Assembly: GCA_038883715.1 (NCBI GenBank)
Contig: JAVZLS010000021.1
Location: 1 to 13,654 of the forward strand
Source: Candidatus Bathyarchaeia archaeon
Lineage (GTDB): Archaea; Thermoproteota; Bathyarchaeia; Bathyarchaeales; Bathycorpusculaceae
Length of the DNA: 13,654 nt
Direction of reading: 5' to 3'
Below are positions 1-7,034 of this stretch, piece by piece. Position 1 is the stretch's first letter. Every line of letters begins with the position of its first letter. A program made the position numbers and the translations under genes. The notes under the pieces were generated by a model. That model searched no databases, was not told where the DNA came from, and saw nothing but the letters and a program-made list of their open reading frames with translations.

Positions 1-592
1 CGGGTTGGAAAACTCCTCGCATTTTTTCCTTCGGCATGTTCTTCAAATAGTCAACAACGACTTTTCTAGTGTGGCTTAATAGTTCAAACACATTTCTTGG
101 ATAACATGTGGGCAGTTCAACATTTAACCGCGTTATGTACCAAGATTCAACATGGGCAATGTGCCGCAAGCAGTTCTTAATGGTGCGAGGCTTTCCCGGA
201 GGCAGCCAGTCCAGAATTTCGCTGCTTAAGTTTGAAACAAGTTTCAAAAGGTCTTCCCTAGAGTATTTCATGAGCTTTAAAGTCCATGCAATATCTTTTC
301 TAGTGATGGGAGCCATTTCAGACCAGAAAAGGGGTTCAGGCTTTCCAGCCTCAACTGGATTGTAGCTCACCCTTAAAACTTCTGCAACTTCAATTTCAAA
401 GTCTCTTGCCTCGGCTGGAACATGTTCACCATGCTTTTCTAGCCAGTCGAACCATTCAGCGACAGCGGTTCTCACTTTTGTAAGAGCGCTTTCTGGAGAG
501 CGCCCAAAAACCCAGCATCCCGGGCATTCTGGAACAAAGGCGCCTGTTCCTTCCAAGCCGACTTCAAGACAAACCACAATCTTCCTTGCCAT
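1..592 (-). CDS. HicB-like N-terminal domain fused to DinB/YfiT-like domain (3'-truncated by window edge)
   Basis: Hand translation from ATG at 592 is open to the window edge (197 codons): MARKIVVCLEVGLEGTGAFVPECPGCWVFGRSPESALTKVRTAVAEWFDWLEKHGEHVP... matches the HicB pattern (vPdlPGc..xG.t.eeAl....eA...wl......ge.vP). Later, SREDLLKLVSNLSSEILDWLPPGKPRTIKNCLRHIAHVESWY matches the DinB-family pattern (R..ll..l..l..e.ldw.p....ti...l.Hi..vE.wy). It is absent from the ORF track because there is no stop inside the window. Confidence 0.75.
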   Translation of the reverse strand, partial: MARKIVVCLEVGLEGTGAFVPECPGCWVFGRSPESALTKVRTAVAEWFDWLEKHGEHVPAEARDFEIEVAEVLRVSYNPVEAGKPEPLFWSEMAPITRKDIAWTLKLMKYSREDLLKLVSNLSSEILDWLPPGKPRTIKNCLRHIAHVESWYITRLNVELPTCYPRNVFELLSHTRKVVVDYLKNMPKEKMRGVFQP

Positions 593-604
593 ACGCCTTC
601 GTCT

Positions 605-1600
605 CTAGAAAAATCCCCTTTTACAAAGTTCTTTCCATGAAATTTCACCGAGAACCACAAGTGCCTCGTTTATTGTTAGCATCGGCTTTGAGAACTTGGA
701 GGGAGCATCAATGGACACCCGTGGGCATGCCGTATTAACGTAAGCATCCACTGTTGGAAAGTTCATGACCATTTCTGGTGTTATTTCTCTAATGGCAAAT
801 AGGTAGGCGTCCTTGCCAGCCTTTTCAAGCTTTTCTCTTATGGTTAGGGCTTCATCCAGCCGCTTTTGTCCAGGTTTAAGTCCCACAAGAACCGCGAAGG
901 TTTTTGCTTTCTGGGCTTCTTGGATACACGCCCACCTTTGCTTCTGAACTTTTTGGGCTTCCTCATCTATTGGGTAGGCTCTCTTCTCGTAGGGGTCTGC
1001 GACTATTGTGGGTTTTGATGTTGCGAAAGCTAGTCCTAGAGCATGAAAGCGTCCGCCACCTATGAAGAGGAAGCCTTCAACGTCTTCCGCTATAGATTTG
1101 GCGTTGCTGTAGTCGCATCCAACAACCTGTCCGGGATAGTTTAGGCGTCCAGCATCGCCAACCATGACAGTTTTTCCGGCGCGAATTAGCACTTCTTTTG
1201 CTTCGTCGAGGGTTTGCACATGCTGGACCGTTGTGGCTAAGCCCACCTTATGCCAATTTTCCATTAAAGGTAGTGCCTTTTCAACGGTCTCTGTGACACT
1301 TATGGTGGCTCGCGCCTCAATGTAAATGGTTGGTACTTTTTCATATTTCAAAAGCTTTGTATGCCCATAATGCACTATGAGATCTGCGCCGAGGCTTTCA
1401 GCTTCAGAGGTTGCTAGGTCACAAGCACCGTAGCATGGGTCTGCGGAAACGATTGGCAAAGCACCAGCCTTTTCAACAACTTTTGCCAGACGGGGAGCCT
1501 CACCTTTCAGTCCTTCTGGCAGTTGTATTAAAACGCGTTTGGCTCCAAGCTTAGCGATTTCCTGCCTTAACCTTTCTTCTTCAAAATCAAACATCTTCAA
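605..1600 (-). CDS. dph2: Diphthamide biosynthesis enzyme Dph2 (2-(3-amino-3-carboxypropyl)histidine synthase)
   Basis: 331 aa with IQLPEGLK, the three Fe-S cysteines in PCYGACD, VVGCD and TACPR, plus HYGH, GGGRFH and KPGQ motifs. Start is TTG at 1600 or ATG at 1594. Confidence 0.96.
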   Translation of the reverse strand: MKMFDFEEERLRQEIAKLGAKRVLIQLPEGLKGEAPRLAKVVEKAGALPIVSADPCYGACDLATSEAESLGADLIVHYGHTKLLKYEKVPTIYIEARATISVTETVEKALPLMENWHKVGLATTVQHVQTLDEAKEVLIRAGKTVMVGDAGRLNYPGQVVGCDYSNAKSIAEDVEGFLFIGGGRFHALGLAFATSKPTIVADPYEKRAYPIDEEAQKVQKQRWACIQEAQKAKTFAVLVGLKPGQKRLDEALTIREKLEKAGKDAYLFAIREITPEMVMNFPTVDAYVNTACPRVSIDAPSKFSKPMLTINEALVVLGEISWKELCKRGFF

Positions 1601-1618
1601 GGTGGAACACCAAACAAA

Positions 1619-1626
1619 CTTTAAAG
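1619..1626 (-). promoter_or_regulatory. Possible TATA box for dph2
   Basis: CTTTAAAG lies about 19-25 nt upstream of the dph2 start candidates. A pyrimidine tract (CCCCTTTTCC on the minus strand) follows the ppsA stop just upstream. Confidence 0.35.
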
Positions 1627-1661
1627 AACATTGACTAGGAAAAGGGGATGGTCTAAGCGGT

Positions 1662-4139
1662 TTACTTTATGCTTTCATCCCATCTGGGCGTCCATTCCCA
1701 GTCTTCTTTTGGTCTTTTAACCGGACGCCCTAGGGCTCGCTCATGCTGTTCTGCAAGCTTTTCTAGGATTATTTTTTGCTCTATGCTTGCTACAAGCTTC
1801 TTTGTGGCTATTACAGCGTCGGGGTTTACTGATATGCTGTCTATTCCAGCCCGCACCAAGAACTCTGTGAAGTCTGGAAGGTTTGAAGGCGCCTCGCCGC
1901 AGATGGAGACCGTGCAGCCGTTTTCATGGGCTACCTTGATTAGGTGGGCTATTATCCTTTTTACAGCCGGGTCTCTCTCGTCAAAGTATCCCATCTGCCC
2001 TAGGCGTTCGGAGTCTCTGTCAATCATCAGTATGCCTTGCGTCATGTCGTTTGAGCCTATGGAGAAGCCGTCGCAAAGCTTCGAGAACTCGTCGGCTAAT
2101 ATGGCTATTGATGGTGTTTCAGCCATAAACCAAACCTTAAAGTCCTTTGACCTTTCCAAGCCTTCCTCACGCATTATTTCCAGACACTTTTTGGCTTCCC
2201 AGAGGGTACGCACGACTGGAAGCATAACCCAGACGTTTTTTAGTCCCCACTCTTCACGGCACTTTCTTATGGCTTGACATTCTAGGCGGAAGGCTTTCTC
2301 ATACCATGGGCTTATGTAGCGGCTGCATCCCCGCCAGCCCAGCATGGGATTGTTCTCAACAATCTCGTATTTTTCTCCGCCTTTAAGTTCGCGGTACTCG
2401 TTGGTTTTGAAGTCGCTGAAGCGCACAACAACTGGGCGGGGCTGTATAGCCCTAGCGACAGTGGCTATGCCCTCTGCAAGCTTGTCCACAAACTTTTGTC
2501 CTTGCCCAATCTCGATAAGGTAAAGCGGGTGCTCTCCAATGTAGCTGGCTAGAATGAATTCGATACGCATAAGCCCGATGCCTTCAAAGGGCAAGTCCTT
2601 ATAATCTTCAATTTTCTCTGGAACCCCAAGGTTCATGTAAATTTTCGTCGCAGTTACTGGAACTGATTGTACAATGCCAGTAAACGCCGCTTGGGAAGCT
2701 GCTCCGGATGGCGTCGGCGTTGGATGTTCAGTCATGGCTGGAACTATGCCTTCATAGACAACCCCACTTCTTGCATCAACGGTATATTCCTTGCCGCTAA
2801 CCATCAGCTTTGTAGCGTTTTCAGTGCCAACTACACATGGTATGCCAAGCTCACGGCTCACAATAGCTGCGTGGCATGTTATGCCACCCTTGTCTGTGAC
2901 TATGGCACCGGCAAGCCTCATGAAGGGCACATAGTCCGGATTAGTCATGTCTGTTACGAGGATGTCGCCCTTCCGCATAACCTTGGCGGCTTCCTCTGGG
3001 TTTAGGACAACCTTTGCCACTCCAAAGCCTATTCCCCTCTTGCCCGCTGGTATACCCTTAACAACAACCGTTAATGCCTCTTCTGGCTTTGCTAAGCCAA
3101 CCTCAACCTTCTTTTCAGGCGCTTCAGCTGCCTTAAAGCTCCAAACGGTTTCCGGTCTGGATTGCACAATGAAAACATTTTCTGGGAAACCTAATTCGCT
3201 GTCAATAGCCCATTCAATGTCTTGGGGCTTGCCATAGTGCTGCTCAATTTTTATAGCTAACTCGGCGAGTTTTAGAACCTCCTCATCTATTAGGCATGGC
3301 ATATTCTGCTTTTCAGCTGGCACGTCCAAGTGTACGGTCTTGCCAGTATCGGGGTCACGAGCATACATCACTTTTTTGGTGGCGATGCGCCTCTCAATGA
3401 TTTTCATGGTTCGCTTGTCAACGATGAACTCGTCTGGAGTGACAGCCCCAGAAACAACAGCTTCGCCTAAGCCATAATTGCCCTCAATAACAATTTGGTT
3501 CGGGTCTCCGGTAACGGGGTTTATTGTGAACATGACGCCGGCAGCTTTGGCGTGGACCATTTTTTGGACGCCGACGCTTATGAGAACTCTTTCATGGGCG
3601 AAGCCTTTTTGGGTGCGATAGAATATGGCGCGCGGCGTGAAAAGACTGGACCAGCATTTAATAGTTTTCTCAATAACCTCGTTTTCGCCCCTAACATTCA
3701 GATATGTTTCCTGTTGTCCAGCAAAGGATGCGTCCGGCAAGTCTTCAGCTGTGGCGCTGGACCGGACAGCCACAAAAACATCATTCACATTCAACCGTTT
3801 GCATAGCTCTCTGTAGGCGGCTCTTACGGCCTCTCCTATGTCCTTAGGCATAGGCGTAGACTCGATTAGAGCGCGGATCTTTTTAGAGGCTTCCTCATAC
3901 TGTTTTGGATCGCTTGGGTCCTTAACAGTCTCCTTTATGATTTTGTAGATTTCGCTAGCTATGCCGGTCTCCTCAATGAAACGTTTGTAGGCGTAGGCTG
4001 TTATTGCGAACCCGTGAGGTATTGGAATGCCGGCACTTAGCATTTCACCTAAATTCGCGTTTTTTCCTCCAACAAGGGGTATGTCGGTTCTCCTAAGGTT
4101 TTCAAACCATATCACGAGGTCTGTTTTCATTTCTGTCAT
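1662..4139 (-). CDS. ppsA: Phosphoenolpyruvate synthase (pyruvate, water dikinase)
   Basis: Motifs VGGKNANLGEM, AVRSSATAEDLPDASFAGQQET, DIEWA, QSRPET, phospho-His GGITCHAAIVSRELGIP, NPMLGWRG, FSIGSNDMTQ and SICG. The likely start is ATG 4139, overlapping the rpl10e stop (TGATG); the track uses GTG 4142. No intein-sized insertion. Confidence 0.97.
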   Translation of the reverse strand: MTEMKTDLVIWFENLRRTDIPLVGGKNANLGEMLSAGIPIPHGFAITAYAYKRFIEETGIASEIYKIIKETVKDPSDPKQYEEASKKIRALIESTPMPKDIGEAVRAAYRELCKRLNVNDVFVAVRSSATAEDLPDASFAGQQETYLNVRGENEVIEKTIKCWSSLFTPRAIFYRTQKGFAHERVLISVGVQKMVHAKAAGVMFTINPVTGDPNQIVIEGNYGLGEAVVSGAVTPDEFIVDKRTMKIIERRIATKKVMYARDPDTGKTVHLDVPAEKQNMPCLIDEEVLKLAELAIKIEQHYGKPQDIEWAIDSELGFPENVFIVQSRPETVWSFKAAEAPEKKVEVGLAKPEEALTVVVKGIPAGKRGIGFGVAKVVLNPEEAAKVMRKGDILVTDMTNPDYVPFMRLAGAIVTDKGGITCHAAIVSRELGIPCVVGTENATKLMVSGKEYTVDARSGVVYEGIVPAMTEHPTPTPSGAASQAAFTGIVQSVPVTATKIYMNLGVPEKIEDYKDLPFEGIGLMRIEFILASYIGEHPLYLIEIGQGQKFVDKLAEGIATVARAIQPRPVVVRFSDFKTNEYRELKGGEKYEIVENNPMLGWRGCSRYISPWYEKAFRLECQAIRKCREEWGLKNVWVMLPVVRTLWEAKKCLEIMREEGLERSKDFKVWFMAETPSIAILADEFSKLCDGFSIGSNDMTQGILMIDRDSERLGQMGYFDERDPAVKRIIAHLIKVAHENGCTVSICGEAPSNLPDFTEFLVRAGIDSISVNPDAVIATKKLVASIEQKIILEKLAEQHERALGRPVKRPKEDWEWTPRWDESIK

Positions 4140-4651
4140 CACATTTTCGCCTCCTCAACTTGTAATTTTTCAATAACTATTCTGCATGGTGTTGGAAGCT
4201 TTGCGGCTCCCCGCCTCAAGGCTTCCTTTGCAACCTCAACGCCGTTAGCATTCACCCTAACGGTCATAATCGTCTGGTTTGGCTCCACACGTGCCGCAGT
4301 GCCAATCGGCTTTCCAAAAGCCCTCCTCATTCCATCCTGAAGGCGGTCTGCATGAGCCCCAAAAATCATCTTGTTTTCCCGAAGAATAACATGCGGGTAA
4401 GGGTGAACTTGCAAAAAGTAATTGTTTGAGAGTTTATCCATTAAGAGGCGGTTTGTTGCCACACGGGCAGCTTCCAACGCATTATGCCTAACCTGAGCTC
4501 TTTCTAGGGCTATGAGCCTAGCCTCATACTCGAATTTGGCGTTAGGGTCTCCCATAGTGAACTTGGTTATTTTCGGCTGGGGAAAACCCTTAACAAACTC
4601 CCGTCTAGTGTAGGGTTGCCCTTTAACCTCTCTATAGTTGCGCGCGCGCAT
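4139..4651 (-). CDS. rpl10e: 50S ribosomal protein L10e (uL16)
   Basis: 170 aa with PYTRREF, QVRHNALEAARV, YPHVILRENKM, ADRLQDGMRRAFGKPIGTAARV and AKEALRRGAAKLP. Confidence 0.98.
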   Translation of the reverse strand: MRARNYREVKGQPYTRREFVKGFPQPKITKFTMGDPNAKFEYEARLIALERAQVRHNALEAARVATNRLLMDKLSNNYFLQVHPYPHVILRENKMIFGAHADRLQDGMRRAFGKPIGTAARVEPNQTIMTVRVNANGVEVAKEALRRGAAKLPTPCRIVIEKLQVEEAKM

Positions 4652-4682
4652 GGTGCATCCCTTTCAGCATACACAATGGTGG

Positions 4683-4711
4683 TATTTAAGCAGTTTGTTA
4701 AGCATGCATAA
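4683..4711 (-). promoter_or_regulatory. Putative rpl10e-ppsA promoter (TATA) with adjacent imperfect palindrome
   Basis: The minus strand reads CTTAAATA (4690-4683), about 32 nt upstream of the ATG. An imperfect palindrome TTAAGCATGCATAA lies at 4698-4711. Confidence 0.5.
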
Positions 4712-4773
4712 GCATCTCAATACTTGATTAAGGTTATGAATTATGAATTCAGTTTAAGAATATGGTTGGGGAA

Positions 4774-5295
4774 CTAGGGAGGCAAGGGTCTATTTTTAAA
4801 CCATATTTTTGCCAGCTCATCATAGTTTGGAAAAACCCGCTTTAAAATTGGAATATACATTTTCACTTCCTCGTTTGTCAAGTACTGGAACTGGTACTCG
4901 CCTGTGTAGGGTGATGGTTCGCCTTCCCTTGTTATGAACTCTATGTGCATGAAGGGGTCTCCCCGCTTAATGGTTATTGGGCAACGGTCATTACTCAAAT
5001 TCACAATCTCAAGCGCTAGTCTGCCGACAAAGCCGCTGTGAACCTTCGCCGCGTTAAGGAAGGATAAGCCCATCCGCCCGTACTTGCTCTTGGCTGTTAG
5101 ATGGGCAACATAATTCGGCGGGGTGAAAACAATCTCGTAGGATATTAAGTTTTTATGCTCCAAGTAGTTCAGCGTCGTCTCATCCCTAACCGTTAGCACG
5201 TAGCTGTCCCCGTCGAGGAGGTTGTAGTCGTAGGGGTATATGCACTTATAATTTTCAATAAGTTCCTTCAGCTTGTCCTTTCCAATTATGCACAT
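4774..5295 (-). CDS. Divergent dCTP deaminase / trimeric dUTPase-superfamily protein
   Basis: 173 aa. AKSKYGRMGL aligns to GRSSxxRxGL, VHSGFVGRLALEIVN to IDxGFxGxxxLEIxN, and PITIKRGD and YTGEYQFQ to YxGxYQxQ. Several conserved residues are substituted, so no symbol is assigned. SD-like GGAG at 5310-5307. Confidence 0.75.
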   Translation of the reverse strand: MCIIGKDKLKELIENYKCIYPYDYNLLDGDSYVLTVRDETTLNYLEHKNLISYEIVFTPPNYVAHLTAKSKYGRMGLSFLNAAKVHSGFVGRLALEIVNLSNDRCPITIKRGDPFMHIEFITREGEPSPYTGEYQFQYLTNEEVKMYIPILKRVFPNYDELAKIWFKNRPLPP

Positions 5296-5344
5296 GAATT
5301 TTCACGCTCCGAGAGTGTTTTCTAGCAATAGTAAAGCCTTCACA

Positions 5345-5374
5345 TTATATAGTTTTTCAACAAAATCCTATAAA
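5345..5374. promoter_or_regulatory. Back-to-back TATA boxes of the divergent deaminase pair
   Basis: The minus strand reads GAAAAA-CTATATAA (BRE/TATA-like, 5358-5345). The plus strand has TATAAA at 5369-5374, about 28 nt before ATG 5402, consistent with a near-leaderless mRNA. Confidence 0.55.
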
Positions 5375-5401
5375 GCGGTTGAAACAGCTATCCACATAGA
5401 A

Positions 5402-6424
5402 ATGAGGACCAAAAATTCCTCGGAGACACTTATTAAGGAAATTCCGAAGGCAGAGCTGCACCTACACATTGAAGGCACCCTTGAACCAGAAATGATGATC
5501 GAAATCGCACGAAGGAATAACATCCGACCAAAATATGAAAGTGTTGAAGAGGCTAGAAGGGCTTACAACTTCAGAAACCTCCAAGACTTTTTAGAAGTTT
5601 ACTACGAGGGAGTGAAGGTTCTGCAAAGGGAGCAGGATTTTTATGATTTAACATGGGCTTATCTGGAAAGGGCGCGCTCCCAAAACGTTTTACATGCCGA
5701 GGTGTTCTTTGACCCCCAAGCTCACACAAGAAGAGGCATAAAATTCGATGCTGTAGTCACAGGCATACACAAAGCCCTTAAAGATGGGGAAAAGAAGTTT
5801 AGGATTTCATCAAAGCTGATAATGTGTTTCTTAAGGGATTTAGACGTGGATTCAGCCTTCAAAACATTAGAAGAGGCTTTGCCCTACAAGGACTGGATTG
5901 TTGCTGTTGGGCTTGACTCGGCTGAAGTTGGTAATCCACCCTCAAAGTTTCAAAAGGTCTTTGAAAAAGCTATTGATGAAGGCTTTTTGACGGTTGCTCA
6001 TGCTGGTGAGGAGGGACCCGCAGAATATGTTTGGGAGGCAATCAAGCTTCTCAAGGTTTCCCGCATTGACCATGGAAACCACGTCCTCGATGATGAAAAT
6101 CTTGTTAAAGAGTTGGCTAGACGAAGAATTCCGTTAACGCTTTGTCCGCTTTCAAATCTGGAGTTGGGTGTTGTAAAAAGCATGAAGGAGCACCCATTGA
6201 GGAAAATGTTCGACAGGGGACTCCTTGTAACGGTGAATTCTGATGACCCAGCATATTTTGGAGGCTACATAAACGAAAACTACATCGCAGTGCAGAGGGC
6301 GCTTAGCTTAAATGCACATCACATATTTGAGCTCGCCAAAAACTCTTTTCAAGCCTCCTTCTTAAGCAAGCAAGAGAAGCAAAAAATGCTTGCAAAGTTA
6401 GAATCCTTTAGGGCTAGAGGCTAG
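5402..6424 (+). CDS. Adenosine deaminase-family metallohydrolase, probably adenine deaminase (COG1816-type)
   Basis: Motifs PKAELHLHIEGTLEP, EVFFDPQAHT, GLDSAE, AHAGEEG, RIDHG, CPLSN and TVNSDDPAYFG. The start is moved to ATG 5402 because the track's TTG 5273 overlaps the divergent gene and its promoter. The FFDPQxH and DSxE..PP motifs resemble the bacterial adenine-specific subgroup. Confidence 0.9.
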   Translation: MRTKNSSETLIKEIPKAELHLHIEGTLEPEMMIEIARRNNIRPKYESVEEARRAYNFRNLQDFLEVYYEGVKVLQREQDFYDLTWAYLERARSQNVLHAEVFFDPQAHTRRGIKFDAVVTGIHKALKDGEKKFRISSKLIMCFLRDLDVDSAFKTLEEALPYKDWIVAVGLDSAEVGNPPSKFQKVFEKAIDEGFLTVAHAGEEGPAEYVWEAIKLLKVSRIDHGNHVLDDENLVKELARRRIPLTLCPLSNLELGVVKSMKEHPLRKMFDRGLLVTVNSDDPAYFGGYINENYIAVQRALSLNAHHIFELAKNSFQASFLSKQEKQKMLAKLESFRARG

Positions 6425-7034
6425 CTTTCGCTTCAATGAGCACTATCGTTTCAAAGAAGGGAAGGTCTAAACTTGCAATGGTCTCCGCTTTGAAACCTTT
6501 AACCTCCAAAATTCGCATAGTTTCATCCACATCCGCGAGGGTGGACTGCATCAACAAAACACGACCGCCAACATTAACATAATCACTAATTCCTTTCAAA
6601 AAGCGGTCTATGACCGCTCTGCCGCTCGTCCCGCCAGCCCATGCACGCTCAACAAAAGTTTTGCCTTCAAACGGTTCTGTTGGCAGATAGGGTGCATTAA
6701 AAAGGATTAAATCGAACTTTTCTCCAGTCTTTAGTGGCGCAAAAAGGTCGCCTTGAATAAAGAACATTTTATCGCCAACACCGTTTAGCTTAGCATTTTC
6801 CTTGGCACATCGCACCGCTGCTGGGTTTATATCTATTGCAACTACTTGGGAGGCTTTGTTTGAGGCGATTATACCGAGGATACCGCATCCGGTTCCCACA
6901 TCAAGGACTTTTTCGCCTTCCTTCACAGCTAGGTTTTCTGCGAACAGAAAGGAGTCTTCTGCTGGTTCGTAAACGTCTTGCCAAACATCGAAAACATAGC
7001 CTTTGAAGAACACCCGCTTAGTTGGCAAGCGCAT
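6414..7034 (-). CDS. HemK2/MTQ2-family class I methyltransferase (putative aRF1 GGQ glutamine methyltransferase)
   Basis: Motifs VYEPAEDSFL, VLDVGTGCG, DINP, GDLF, FNAPYLP and AWAGG..GRAVIDRFL, in the typical position downstream of ksgA. Start is ATG 7034 (or TTG 7028), overlapping the ksgA 3' end. Confidence 0.9.
   Translation of the reverse strand: MRLPTKRVFFKGYVFDVWQDVYEPAEDSFLFAENLAVKEGEKVLDVGTGCGILGIIASNKASQVVAIDINPAAVRCAKENAKLNGVGDKMFFIQGDLFAPLKTGEKFDLILFNAPYLPTEPFEGKTFVERAWAGGTSGRAVIDRFLKGISDYVNVGGRVLLMQSTLADVDETMRILEVKGFKAETIASLDLPFFETIVLIEAKASL

Noticed and set aside
108-660. Track ORFs 108-365 (+) and 472-660 (-)
   Set aside because: Both overlap the better-supported HicB-DinB reading frame, and the second also overlaps the dph2 3' end. 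Neither has motifs.
1669-3816. Plus-strand ORFs antisense to ppsA (1669-2277, 2667-3005, 2947-3237, 3495-3806, 3625-3816)
   Set aside because: They are shadow ORFs fully inside a well-supported gene, with no recognisable motifs and a composition typical of antisense frames.
4652-4773. Possible C/D-box sRNA or mini-CRISPR in the AT-rich spacer
   Set aside because: There is no properly ordered RUGAUGA...CUGA pair, and the repeats are only 6-7 nt with no repeat-spacer structure.
5273-5401. N-terminal extensions given by the ORF track (deaminase from 5273; also hemK2 from 7085 and rpoF from 8886)
   Set aside because: They run through promoter DNA or neighbouring genes. Downstream ATGs fit the family N-termini and the SD/TATA positions.
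5402-6424. Adenosine deaminase as a RADAR (RdrB) anti-phage effector
   Set aside because: The 340-aa size and motifs fit a stand-alone metabolic deaminase. RdrB is much larger, and no RdrA-like AAA+ ATPase is adjacent.
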